Part shown: piece by piece, positions 37,349 to 50,565 of the stretch
How the letters are laid out: each line of letters begins with the position of its first letter
Position numbering within the stretch: position 1 is the first letter of the stretch
Assembly: GCA_973895155.1 (NCBI GenBank)
Contig: OZ316895.1
Span: 7,738,184-7,802,183 of the forward strand
Direction of reading: 5' to 3'
Origin: Marsupella aquatica
Taxonomy: Eukaryota > Plantae > Marchantiophyta
DNA: 64,000 nucleotides
Position numbers and translations under genes: made by a program
The notes under the pieces: model-generated
Database searches by the model: none
What the model was told of the DNA's origin: nothing
Seen by the model: the letters and a program-made list of their open reading frames with translations, nothing else

Positions 37349-40300
37349 CTAATAAAACCCTAGCATTTTTCTCAAATAAATGTGTTTGTCTTTTGGAAGT
37401 CCTTTGGTGAGAATGTCCGCTGCCATTTCCTCGGTGGGACAATAGATTACTTCTATTTCACCACTATCAACTAGTTCCCTACTAAAGTGATATTGAATAT
37501 CGATGTGCTTGCTCCTATCATGAAGCCGAGACGCTTCAAGTAAGCTAAGAGCACTTTGATTATCACAATGAATGACGGCTCTTGCTTGCTGATGATGCAA
37601 GTCTCCAAGTGAAGTCTTTTCAAACATACTATCTCAGTGCATGCCTTTGATAAGGCCATGTACTCTCCTTCGGTGCTAGACAAGGCTACAGATTTTTGCT
37701 TTTTGCTTGCCCAACTCACTACTGCACTTGAGAGCATGAAACAATAACCAGAGGTTGATCTTCTTGTGTCAATATCTCCTCCCCAATCAGCATTAGTATA
37801 TCCATGTAAGGGAATAAAAGATTCTGATCTTTTATACACCAAACCCATACTTGATGTGCCCTTCAAGTACCGAAAAATCCGCTTCACAGCCATCCAATGC
37901 TTTGGACCTGGATTGGACATGAATTGTGCCACTGATCCAACTGCAAAGGATAAGTCGGGCCTTGTGCAGATCATAGCCCACATGAGGCTTCCAACTGCAT
38001 TCTAGTATGGTAGAGTCTCCATCTCTATATTTTCATCGTCAGTTTGTGGGCTATCCTCCTTGCTTAGTTTTAAGCCCAACTCAACTGGAGTAGTCACTGC
38101 CTTGCAATTCTCCATGTTGAAAGTGTTTAATTTGTCCAAGATGTATCTCTCTTGAGACATCTTGAGCCAACCCTCTTCTCTGTTGCGGGAGATTTCCATA
38201 CCAAGGCAATTATGTATATTGCCTAAGTCACTCATCTCGAATTCCTTCATGAGTGTCGTTTTGACTTCAGCTAATATGTTGGTGTCATTGCTTGCAAGTA
38301 TGCAATCATCAACATATAGAGCTAATATCACAAAGTTTCCTCCTGACTCATAATAGTACACATTGGAGTCAGCTATGCACTTTCTAAAGCCAATGCTTAA
38401 CAAGAAAGTGTCAATCCTCTTATACCATAACCTAGAGGATTGCTTGAGGTCATATAATGCCCTCAATAGGAGACATACCATTTCAGGGTCAAGAATTTTC
38501 TCCAACCACTCTAATCCTTCAGGCAACTCCATGTAGATTGGTTCCGTGAGTATACTATTCGGGAATGTTGTCTTCACATCTAAAAGGATGGCCTCAAGGT
38601 CATAAAAGGCCACCAAGGATAGAATGAGCCTTATAGATGTGATTTTCACTACTGGTGAAAAAGTATCCAAGTAATCAACCCCATAGACTTGAGAATAGCC
38701 TTTGGCTACAAGTCTAGCTTTGTATCTTGCAATGCTTCCATCCGGGTTGTACTTCAACTTGAAAACCCACTTGCAACCCACTGCCTTTCGATTTTGAGGA
38801 AGCTTGACTATGGTCCATGTGTTGTTTTTCTTCAATGAGTCTAACTCATCATTAATGGCTTTCCTCCATTGCTCTGCATCTGGTCTTGTAAGTGCCTCCT
38901 TCAAAGAAGTAGGTTCCACCATTCTTGGACCAGATTCAGTCACTAAGGCCACAATGGCTGAATCAGAGTCAAAACCATATCTCCTCGTTGGTATCTTCTT
39001 CCTCTTTCCCCTTCCAAATTCAGGTTCTGAGAATTCAACGTGAGTAGAGGCATCATCTTCTATTGAACCTTCAAATTCATGAAAATGTGTTGCAAATGAT
39101 TCTGTGGACCTGGATCGTGGTAGTGGAATACTTGGTTGTGGTCCTCTTGAAGTAGATGTGCCTGAAATTTCAGTAGCCTCTTCTCTAACATTAGGTGCAT
39201 TAGCTCCCACTTGAGCTAAAGCCGGTGCTCCCACTGGTGCTAGTGCTGGTGCTCCCACTAGACCTGGTGCCGGTGCTAGCACTGGTGCTCCCACTGGAGT
39301 TGGTGTTGGTGCTAGTGCTATTGGAAGTTCAAATAGCACCGGATCATCCAACTTTGAAGTAACTAGGCATTTTCCACCGGGCTGGTCTTCTTTAAATTGA
39401 ACATCTCTTGCCACAATCACCTTGCGATCGGTTGTTCGTTGAACCCTATAGACATCTCTTGATGTGGAGTCTTCTGGATATCCCAAAAAAATACAATCTT
39501 CGGCATGATTGTCAAGCTTTCCTCGATGGTTTTTGTTGATGTGAAGATGTGCTCTACATCCAAAAACCCTGAGATGTGACAAGTTTGGTTTTCTCCCATA
39601 CCAAAGCTCATATGGTGTCTTGTCGGCATCTAGTGCTTTTATGGGTGTTCGATTTTGAAGGTAGTTAGCTGTTTGAATAGCTTCCCCCCAATAGGATCGA
39701 GATAGACCTGAATGATTCAACAAGGATAGAACTGCCTCCACTAGTGTTCTATTCTTTCTCTCAGCTACTCCATTTTGTTGAGGAGTCTCTGCAACTGTAA
39801 ATTGCCTTGCAATCCCATGTTCCTTTCAAAATAGGTCAAAGGTTGTCGACTTGTACTCTCCTCCATTGTCAGACTACAACACCTTAACCTTTTTGTCGGT
39901 TTGTGTTTCTGCAAGAGCTTTAAATTCTTTGAATTTCTCAAAGGCTTCTGACTTGTGCCTCAAGAGATATATGGTACAATATCTCGAGAAATCATCAATG
40001 AATGTGATGAAGTAGACATAGCCTGAATGAGTGGCAGTGCGAACTGGGTCACAAATATCTGAATGAACTAAGGCAAGGAGTTTAGTTGCCTTTGATCTTC
40101 CACCCTTCGGATATTTCAACTTTGTAGACTTTGCCTTTGCACAGGCTCCGCAATTAGACAAAGAAACTCCATCAAATTTACCAATGCCTTCCACCATGTT
40201 GTGGTCTTGCAGTTGTTGCATTCTAGCTTCATTGATGTGGCCAAGCCTTTTATGCCACATTGCCCCACTTGTTGTGATAGCAATATTTATAGTGTGGAGG

Positions 40301-41520
40301 CTTACAGTTACATCAAGTTTATATAATTTGTTAATAGTAAAGCAAGTACTAATGATAGAGCCACTTGGACTCTTCAAAGTACATGAACCTTTCTTGATGA
40401 TAGCCTCTCCTCCTTCTTCATCAAGTTGGTTCACTGAAAATAGGTTCTTTGTGAGGCAAGGTACATGAAGTACCTTTTCCACCATCCTCACTGAACCATC
40501 ATGGAGTTTAATGGGAACACTTCCCACTCCAGCAATCTGCAAGGTCGAATCATCTCCCAAATACACTACTTGGGCATGATCCCAAGCTTTGTATTCCACA
40601 AAGCTTTCTCGATGATGTGCCATATGTTGGGTTGCAGCTGTGTCCACATACCAATTGGAATCCCCTTCATCGAAATTCCCAATTGATGCCACATACAACT
40701 TATGTATGACTGAGTTCGCTTGAACCTTCTTTGCATCATTTCCCTCCTTGGCTATCCTTGCTCTGCAATCACGAATAAAATGTCCTTTCCGTTTATAAAA
40801 GTGACATTTCATCTTGGAAGCTTTCTCCTTCCATGGTTTTTGGGAGGTGCTAGCCTTCCCAAAATTACTACCTTGTGAGATGGTAGATTTTCCTAGCCTT
40901 GAGTCAATGTAAAGTGTTGTTGTTAACCCTGCCAAGTCCTCCGTTTTTTGCATTGTTTCCTCTTGCAATAGATATGCAATCAAGGACGAAAGAGTAAGAG
41001 TTATATCCCTCCTTAGAGGAATAATTTCCCCCCTCCAACTTTGAGGCATGCTCCTCATGAGTGCCAATCGTGCATCCTCATATGACACTGGTGCTCCCGC
41101 TGCATTAAGTTGCTCCAAAATTTCTCTTAAAGCATGTACATGCTTTATGACGCTTTCTCCTTCCTTCATCTTGAGAGTGGCCAACTTGTCATGAAGATAC
41201 ATCTTGGTTATGACATCACTTGCTTCAAACATGTTGAGAAGTGTTGACCATGCTTCCGTAGCAGTCTTGGCACTACTGATATGATGTGCTTGTGAATTCT
41301 CCATGCCTTGTATCAGAATTCAAAGTGTCTTGTTGTCTTTGTGATCCCACTCTTCCAATTCATCTTTTGTTGGGGTGTACGTTGGAGTTGTTGTTGGTTT
41401 TGGGCTAGTGCCATCAACAATTCCCATCAACTTCTCATCTTTGAAACTCAAAGTCAATTTTCTTTTCCACACTTGGAAATATGTGCCATCAAACTTTGGG
41501 ATCTTCATGTTTGATGTCAT
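37349..41520 (-). pseudogene. Copia gag-pol polyprotein, disrupted
   Basis: One frame runs from ATG 41520 through gag, a mutated zinc knuckle (CHFYKRKGHFIRDC), protease WYVDTAAT, WHKRLGH, integrase (VHSDIC, SDNGGEY), RT (YKARLVAKGY, YVDD) and RNase H (ADWGGD, SSTEGEY, ADILTK). In-frame stops occur at 41320, 39874, 39826 and 38002, with a frameshift near 37600. Confidence 0.93.
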
Positions 41521-42026
41521 GTTGAGCCGCTGCTCAATAGAAAAGGACCAACGCCTTTGACTGGATCACTATCCAATAATCTTCTTGCCACCGCAAAAAA
41601 TCTTCTTGACCACTGCAAGAAGCACTGCATTCACAATAGAACACTTCTATTGTTGCTCACCACAGATGACATACTCAGAACGCTTTCCATTGCATCTGCC
41701 TCGTCACATTCTTCACAATGCCAAAAACCAAATTTGAGATCAAGCGTCCTCTCTCCCAAAACGTGAATTCGACAAACTCTGCTCCTTCTGAAATGCCATC
41801 TAATCGTGCTTAGATTTGGCCTCAACTGCTCCCCCCAAAAAATCTGTCTTGCTGCCCGATGTACTTGCTTGAAAAACTTTTCTCATCAATTGGTAGGGAA
41901 TGAGTCTAATTCTTATTTCTTCAAATTTGATTCAAGTAGTTCTAGAGGGGGAATCCTCTCTCTAGACCAACTCTCCTCTCCTCATAAGAAATATGAAGTC
42001 CCACAATTCAGAAGTAACGCAACAAG

Positions 42027-42038
42027 GCTCTAATACCA
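42027..42038 (-). promoter_or_regulatory. Primer-binding site complementary to the 3' end of tRNA-iMet
   Basis: The minus strand reads TGGTATTAGAGC, one mismatch from the canonical TGGTATCAGAGC, directly after the 5' LTR. Confidence 0.9.
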
Positions 42039-42352
42039 TGTTAGAAATCCATGAGCCCAAGAATGTGGAAATGCGATGTGTATGTCATTGAGTAGTGAGG
42101 GGTTTTATACATGGAGTGGCATCCCTTGGATGCCTGGTCAAGTCAACGAGAATATTGTGTATTCTCTCATGCTACACATTCCCTCACATGTACCTATAAC
42201 AAAGTTCACCTCATGGTCTAATTTAAGTCACTAATTTAGGACGGTGGCCCACAACTAAAGACGGTGGCCTATCACTTAGGATGGTGGCCTACAATTAAGG
42301 ACGGTGGCCTACCATTTTGGACGGTGGCCTACCAATTAAACCTTTTCTAATA
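42039..42352 (-). repeat. 5' LTR of the copia element (314 bp)
   Basis: Direct repeat of 37026-37320 with 5 copies of the internal unit and roughly a dozen substitutions. Confidence 0.95.
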
Positions 42353-42731
42353 CACCTTATAGAACACAATGATGTTGAAAAGAAGGATAGCTTTGAGCTC
42401 TGCTACGTGTTCCAGAACGTTGACAGAGTTACCCTCTAGACATTCAACCCGCTTCCTACCAAAAACTTGGCATCTCAAGGACTCATTTTCTGACAAATTA
42501 AACTCAACTCACTCTTTCCCCTACCGAATTGCAAAGATGCAAGGGCAGAAACCCAGGATCCCATGTACGCTCCAGCAATCAATACTACTCTTCTACAACA
42601 AATTTCCTACAAAATCCCTGAGCCTTCTGTCGCAGTGAAGTCCATCGTTATTCCTCTTGGTCTAATCTAGTGTTCAACCAAAATCTAAGGTCAAGAAAAC
42701 TGGGAGCATTAATTTGACGAAGATATAACTC

Positions 42732-43098
42732 TCACCAGCAGTTTTATAACTTAGAATAGGATTTCTGAGCCTGGCTTTGAGGATACGTTAATTACTCAAA
42801 TCTGCTACAGTGTCCACCGCAATTAGTGTGAGTCACACTAATTCACCAACAGTTTGACAACTTAGAACAGGATTGCTGAGCCTGGCTTTCATGATAGGTT
42901 AAGTAAGTCTGAGCCTGGATTTCATGATACGTTAATTACTCAAATCTGCTACACTCTAGGCAGCAATTAGTGTTAGTCACACTAATTCACCAGTAGTTAT
43001 ATAACTTAGAACAGGATTGCTGGGCCTGGCTTTCATGAAAGGTTAATTACTCACATCTTCTGCTACACTGTCCACCATAATTAGTGTTAGTCACACTA
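42732..43098. repeat. Three tandem ~111-bp units, each ending in a copy of the MITE terminus
   Basis: Units start at ~42732, ~42843 and ~42987 (TCACCA.CAGTT...ACTTAGAA.AGGATT.CTG.GCCTGG...CTACA.TG...AATTAGTGT.AGTCACACTAA). Unit 2 has an internal ~33-bp duplication. Confidence 0.8.
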
Positions 43099-43659
43099 AA
43101 AAAGAAGCCCTCAAATTTTACTTCTCAGATAAAATGATTTGAGCCATTATATCTGGTGTAACCCTAATTAGTGTTAGTCCCTCTAATTGGGTAGCCCTTC
43201 AAAGTTTACTTACTTAAAATAATGAGCCATATTATATCTCCTTGTAACTCTTATTACAGTTCACATAATGTTACACTTTATGTCACACTATTTGAGGTGC
43301 TCCCACACCTTAGTCACACTACTCTAAGGTGCTCCCTGCTCCCACACCTTTAATCCACTGATCCAAGTGCTCCCATCACAGTTGACTATTGCACATAGAG
43401 AATCATAATATAGGCTCCCACACTTTTAGTCACACTAATTGAGGTGCTCCCCACAAAATTGACTAGAGCACACAGAGAATCACAACAGAGGACATAAACT
43501 GAGACTCAAGGGCATTATGCTTCTGCCGAGTTCTTTTTCCATAATGTAAATAGTGTGAACAACTTACTTAATTAGTGTGATTCTTTGCCAAAAACAATTG
43601 TGCACAAAATAGTGCAAGTAACTGTAATTTTGGTGTCACACTAATTATGGTGGACAGTA
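43066..43659. mobile_element. Tc1/mariner-like non-autonomous element (MITE)
   Basis: ~22-bp TIRs (CACTGTCCACCATAATTAGTGT ... ACACTAATTATGGTGGACAGTA) flanked by TA on both sides (43064-43065, 43660-43661), with many internal AGTCACACTAA motifs. Confidence 0.65.
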
Positions 43660-46600
43660 TAGCCTCATTGACGGTACCAGAGGATTACTCAAAGATAGAC
43701 TGTCAGAATGCAAGTAGGGCAAGTTTTGAGCCTGCGCCATATCACATGATTATGTCTGGAACCTTCTGAGTAGTAAAGCAACATAATCAAAGGGACTGGT
43801 GAGAAGTACCTTTTAGTAACTGGTACAGCAAGAGGTCAGTGGCTTTTGTATACAATAATGTCTTGTTTAGAGGGCATTATGGAATATAATGCCCAGAAAA
43901 ACAGGAGCTTTGGCTTGAGTTTGAGGGGCTACTATTGCCCCTAATGCTCTAGAAACAGGACCTTACTACTGTACTACACTTAAAAGGCATGACAGATCTT
44001 TATCTTTTCTAACTTTAGTAAAGGTAGAGGAGAAGCTTTATAAGGAGGTGCTCCCAGAATGCCCTGAAAAATACAAAGGGCATGAAGTATAGGATAGGGG
44101 TTGAAAATTAAATATTTTTTCTTACATTTTAGGGGGTCCAAGGTCTAAAAACGTCGCAGGTGATGGGGAGGCATCCATATAGTGAGACCCCCGAGATTCA
44201 ACTATAAATTCTTGGAGATTGTTATTCAACTATAAATTACCCGACAAATATGAGAATAGCACCATGAGTAAAAATAGTTCCCTACAATATTTACCAATCC
44301 ACAACGAGCATCATCTCATTGTTCCAGAAGCCATTTCAATTACCTATGGATATTGTTGGGTTGATTGGGATCCTCCCATGAGCAAATTTCTAAGGTTGTT
44401 TTTTGTGCTAGGGTGGCAAATGGCCCCTCGTGTGGATGAGAAGATGCTATGAATATTCCTATCTAATTATCTTAGATAAATCTGTAATAGCCAGATTTTC
44501 TCTGTCCATCATTTTTGGAACATCAGATTTGGGGATAGGTCATCAAAGAAAATCTGCTAAATTGTTTTTTGCTCAAACCCCTAATTACCATTACAATCAT
44601 GATTATGTCTAGAACCTTCTGAGTAGAGAAACAACATATAGACCAAAAAGGATCAACTTCTGAGTAGAGAAACACCTTGCCAAGCTGAATCCAACAAGGT
44701 GTGGCATTATCAATCTGGCTAAGCTATCCAAGATACAATCAATTGCATTTTCATCAACAAAGATTAGTTTGACCCCAAGAAGGGAAGCCCTGGCCACCCA
44801 AGATCAACCATAGCAGAAAGGTGGGGTACCCCTACTATGGAGCCATTGGACAGATATAGAGCAACAGTGGCCAAATTATAGGATTTGCACTCAGATGGTC
44901 ATATCTTTGTTGTTTGATATTCCCTTGGGAGCCATTTTTGCAGTTGCAATCAGGACAGGGGAGACCATTAAAATAATATCTCAGAAGTTGATTTTGAGAA
45001 AAACATTACCGTCAACAATTGTGAGGCACCCTTATTGTTGGTGATGGCAACCAGAAGGATCGGGGTGAAGGAGGTAGCAGATTATTTAGGGTGGTAGATA
45101 GAGATACTGGAAGTCCGTGCTTAGCGTAGTTTTAGTGAGAGCCAATAAAGCGGGCAACAAAGGCACCATTAGCCACCCATGGGTATGTAAAGGAGGATTA
45201 GCCATGGATATATTTGTGTGTTGCATGTGCTAGGGTAGAATTTTTAAGCTTTAGCGGCCCCGCAAGAAAGCTGATGCCATTGGTGTGCCTATGTGTTTTG
45301 GTACCCTTCCCATGATCCAACCAGCTCCTAACTCCAATTCAAGTCCCTTGTGTGCACCACTAGCTCAACACATCGCCTTTGCAACGCTTCCTTGCCCACA
45401 ATTCTCCCCATACATAGTCCCCTTCGGATGCCTGGTCATCTTGGGGGCCTAGACCATAGAGGAGTTGGACGTCAAAGTCACCGACACTGACGCTAAGTGG
45501 TACTTTAGTCGAGTTCTGTGACCTTAACTAGCATCAAAATAGAATAGAGATTTCATCAGCTTGTCATCATGAGTAGTCAGGTGGAGAAGTAATGATTGCC
45601 CTAGATAGATGTTAGGCAGATAGCAAGAGGTCGGGTTTCTTTTTTTCAATGTGCTATGTTGGAGACTTGTCTCTCACAATTGGTGCGATTGTGAGACTTC
45701 TTGTGTGTTGCAATCTCCCTTGTGTTTGTGTTTGTGTCTGTGTTTTGTCCCCTAGTGGATTTTTTATGGCCTTTGTGAAGTTTCTTACCCAAGGTCCAAT
45801 AACGCCTAAGAATTGTTAGAAGAACTTGCATGGCTCAGTCGGCCATGTGAGTAAGGGGGAGTGGTGACAACAATCAACCACAGGCAATAGGAGTAAGAAT
45901 GTTGTAGTCCAAGAGGTTTGATTAAAAGGAAAGAGACTAGTTGATAGGCTTGATCAAAATATACATCTCCAAAAGCAAAAAAAAAAAAAAAAAACTCATT
46001 CCTAAGTGTGAAACAATCCGAATAATGTCCCTCCATGCCTTTGTGATACAATACAAAAGATCAATCTTTGTAGAAAAAAAGATATATAACCCTTGGGTAA
46101 ATCATTCAATAAGACGTTGACAAAAACTCTTTGTTGCATCATAAGATACCAAACTATCCCATTAGCATAAAACTTAGTTGGATGACCCCTTGGTTATGTA
46201 AGCTTGTTTTATTGAACTATTTGGAGCCATGAAGAGTTGCACATTGGAATAGATAGATGAGAGTACACAAATGTTTAATGGGAGGATTCTAAATGAAGTG
46301 GATTTTAAAGGTAGTTAGGACAATTTTATTGAAGACAAATAGGAGTACATTCATGGTAATACCAAGGGTAGTTCTCCATGTAAAATGGTTCTCTCATTAC
46401 CTCTATGTCTATGTAACAACATTCCATATAGTTCATGCAAAATAATACTTTGTCCATAGTAATTGAAAGGTCTTAAAGACCCTGATGTTCCTCTACCCAT
46501 AATAGTTATGGTGTCTTACCTTTGCTTGTTACTCCCCTAGCCAAAGGGTTTCTTAAGTTACCTTGGTACATGTTAAAGAAATTGAAAGTTTCATGGGTTT

Positions 46601-49600
46601 TTTTCCTTACCTTGGTAAATGTTAGAGTAGTTGAAGAGTTTCTGTCTACTTGTCATTATTTAAAAAATGTATAAATTAAATAGAAATTAAAACAGATTAC
46701 CAAAAAACACTGATATATCAATCACAACTTATCCAAATATTATTTTCTTTCACCCCCATTGTTACCTTTTTCTTTGTTTAATTTAAATGTTACTTTTCAG
46801 TTTTCCATTGTTTTTATAGCTACAAGTTACAGGGTCTTACTATTTTTCTTTGCCTTGCCTTAAACATGAATAGTCAATTTTGGTTACTCTTGCATAACTA
46901 GCAATTCTTGTTTGTGACAAATCATGTTGATGTGGTTGCACGTGCATCCAAGAATTTTGGAAGTAAATTCCCACCAGGTCTTTAACAACATCATGAAAAC
47001 CCAAAAAATAAATGACTAACATGAAGTACCATCAATTTAAGTGCACACCCTCATTGTTAATCTCAAGGGCCTCACTCCAAGCGGGGTTTCATTTCACATG
47101 TAAAATTTATTGGGGAATAAAAACCCAAATATATTTAATTAAATGTCTATTTAAGAGAATGTTTACCCTCAAATTTTTGGAATATTCTTTGGGTATTCCC
47201 AAATTTGGTTTTAAAACCCTAAAATTCTCCTAACTAGCCTTGACTAAGTGTTACTTGAACAGAAAGAGATGAGGACGAAAAGGTAACTTGCACAAAAAAC
47301 TATTCCTACCTGTTGTGTTTTGTGAGTTAGAGTAGAGTCACGGTCTAGAGGCTTCACTCTAGACCCCGTAGGCCTTTGAAGTAGCTTTTGTTCGCGAATT
47401 ATTAGTAAGATTGGATTAAAAGACCCCTAATGTTCCTGCATAAAAGTTTAAAAGTCTTCCACTAAACCCAATAAAAAACCCTATACTTATTTGTGTGTGA
47501 TGGGTGGGACTAAAAAAATGATAACCCAGGCCATTAATTATCAACATCTTATTTCATGTGTCAATTTGAGAAATCAAATAGTGTATATGCACCTTTTTAT
47601 GATGATGCAATCCACCATCTCTTTTGCTAATCATTGATTGATTAAATGCCTTGATCAATTAGAACTAGTAGAGAGTTACTTGATATTTTTGTTAAATAAA
47701 TGAATTAAACCAGTTAAAATAAATGAACCAAAATTAAGAAAATAGAATGCTTGCAATCGGTTACTGTTTTCCCTTGCTCGTTGTTGTTGGGCATGTTAAG
47801 TGTCAATCTTACCAAATTTTCATTGTTAGGAGGGTCTAACTATTTTAGGGGGATTGCCACAAACACAAACAATTATGCTTGTTTCTTGCCACAAAATGTA
47901 GGTATTTGTGTTGGTAGCAATTGAACCGGTGAAGTGGCATATGAGTTACTATTGACCCGAATACAAAATGGGGATGGCCGGTTGATAATTATTTTTGTTT
48001 AGAGGACACGTTAGTAATATTGGGTAGTTTGGGGGACAGGTTAGTAAAAAGCTAATTGTTCCTTTTGAGAATCATCTTCCAAAGATGACAAGGGATTGAG
48101 GCAATTTTTTTAGACTTTAAAACGAATGCTATGGTACTAGGTGCATCAGAGTCCTTGGGTCAAATGATGTGGTCCATCTGAGCATCAAGTTTCAAAGACA
48201 GCGGGGCCCTATGCCTTGGGATTTAATTATAAAAAATAAAATCTTTTCCAGACGGAAAGACAAATCGTACTGTCAGTTCCATTGATGTTCTCCTAAGTTC
48301 AAACAAACTGGTACATCTTCTTATCAACTTCCAACCACAATTAGTTTGTGGACCCCTTGGCTAATAAAATCAGGCGGAAGGGTCGATCTGAGCCGTCTCC
48401 ATTTCTTATCTACGGAAATCTCGTTCGTCCATCATAATGGCCAATCTATGGCTCAAAAGAAAGATCTCAAATAGATCTATGGATGGGTTCTGTCCGTTTT
48501 GCAAATGGGTTAATACTTTCAAATGAAAAATTAAACAAATCCAAGCATTCCTAGCCATCGATTTTGTTAATTTTATGATCTTTGCCGTCCATTTTGTAAT
48601 GCCTCTAGAAATCTTATTTATCCATGTTAGAAGGCGATCTAGGGTGCAAAAGAAAGATCTCAATGAGATCTACGACTGGGTATTTTTTGTTTTGAGAATG
48701 AGTAAATAGTTTTGAGTATAAAATCCGGTGAACTTTCAAGATTCCAGCCATTCCTCCTCCCCGATCCTGGGTTTCTATGTGCTCTTCCCAACATTAATGG
48801 CCGTACAATATGAGAGGTCATTATATACCGGGAGTTGCGGTTTACAAGGAAGTTATCAAGTTAGTTATTAGTCATTATTTATTATATGAAAAATACTTTT
48901 TATAAATCTTTGAGTTTAAGTTTTAAAATTGGAAATGTGACTAAGATGGTTACATAGTGACAGTTTTAACCGTCTTGCTCTTTGCATTTCCAATGTTTTT
49001 ACTTTTCTTTTTACGGCACGGCGTCCCAAAATTTACACCCAAATTGACACAAACACGAATGAAAACTATAAGTTTGATTCACAAAACAGACGAGTCTTGT
49101 TTGTTGCGGTTGTTGTTGACGTGGCACGCTGTGGTGCCAGGAATTTTGGAAGGGACCTCTAGTGGGGTCCGTAATGAATTACACTACTTTAGAGAAAAGA
49201 TTGAAAATGGATGCTAAAGTTGCTAACTGGAAATTTGATGGGTGCAACTAAGTAATGACTGTCCATTTCCATCCATGTGAGTATCAACCTCCAAGGACTC
49301 AGCCCGAGATTTCACATTCTGCAGTTGATTTTCACATATGCACTATAGCTTGTAATATTTTTGAATCAATAATGTAAAAAGTCTTAACATTTGAGATTCA
49401 GATCTACACTTAGTGTAAATCTAGATTTAGAATTACAACATTTGAAATTCAGTTCTAGACTTAGTGTATATTTGACCAGAAGGTTGGACCTTTCTATCTG
49501 ACTAGCAAATGTTTTCTCAAATATTGACCAAACTAATGTAAACATAATATTTGATCTAAGTAACTTTGCTACAAAGAACCGCATAAGAAGAACTAAATCC

Positions 49601-49899
49601 TTTTGTCCAATTCTAATATGACTAGCAAAACCAAGATCAATGCAACAATGGCTACTACTCTTGATGAAACTAGACATTAAGTTAAAAGTCAAGAACGTTA
49701 CAACTTAAGGCATTCCTGTGCACATATCCGCAAGGGTCAGTGTAATGTTTAACCCAAACTATAACTTTATAATTTATCAAGTACAGTTGACATATCAATA
49801 ATCCCAACATAAACTAAATTAACATCACTCAAACATAGTTTTTTCATAAACCTTTTTCATAATTGAAAATGCACAGAAATGGCCTAGATTATTAACTCG

Positions 49900-50565
49900 G
49901 GCTCTGATTTAGTTGGCTTCGGGGTAAGGTTGGCTCAGCATAAAGTTGGGATATCCTTCATTTTTAACTCACAATTCAGAATACCATTGGAGTTTTAACT
50001 TTAACCTGAGATTCCCCTAGCTTTCCTCTAGTATCTCTAAACAAAATTTCAGCTCATTTGCTTGAATAGGGTGAAATTAAACTTTGCACTTTTGGCTTGA
50101 TTTTTGCCTTTTAAACTTTGACTTAGTCATCTGGGTAGGCGTCAGGTTAGGGTAAGGTGGGCTTAAGGTAGATTTGGTTATCATTTTATTTCTTATTCAC
50201 TATTTGCTTGAACTTTTGGAAATTTTGGACAACATCAAAAGATCGTTAATTTTCTTTGTACTCACGATTTGGAACTTATTTTAATCTCAAAATTTGATCA
50301 CAGATTCTCCCTAACTGTAGCTCTCCTTTATCTCAGAGAAAATTTTCAGCCCATTTGGTTTAAGTCGGAAGAAAATGAAGAGCCCCACAGATCCCGGTTG
50401 ATCTTTGTGTCTTGACTTTGACTTGGTCAGCTTTAGGTAAAGCAGGCTTAGGGTGACTAAGTTCAATTTAAGACATAGTTGGGGTATCATTTCAGTTTTT
50501 ACTCACAAGGCGGAACTCAGTTTAAGCTAAAATGTTAACCACAAATTCCCCTAGCTTTCCTTTGA
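49900..50565. repeat. Degenerate tandem repeat (~3 units of 230-300 bp), probably TE-derived
   Basis: Blocks GGGTAAGGT/GGGTGACT, TATCATTT...ACTCAC, ATTC(C/T)CCCTA(G/A)CT, AAATTT(T)CAGC.CATTTG and ACTTTGACTT.GTCA recur at ~49920, ~50150 and ~50450. Confidence 0.5.

Larger units (their letters stand above)
37026..42352 (-). mobile_element. Full-length Ty1/copia LTR retrotransposon (5.3 kb), inactivated
   Basis: LTRs at 42039-42352 (5') and 37026-37320 (3'). The 5-bp TSD CACCT is at 37021-37025 and 42353-42357. PBS TGGTATTAGAGC lies next to the 5' LTR and PPT AAAGTGGGAG next to the 3' LTR. Domain order is gag-PR-INT-RT-RH. Confidence 0.97.

Noticed and set aside
41305-41322. Apparent gag frameshift or programmed recoding in the copia element
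   Set aside because: The ORFs on both sides are in the same frame; it is a simple premature TGA among several other lesions.
44200-47300. Possible transposase or LINE remnants
   Set aside because: CpG-poor and TE-like, but no protein motif or termini could be identified with confidence.
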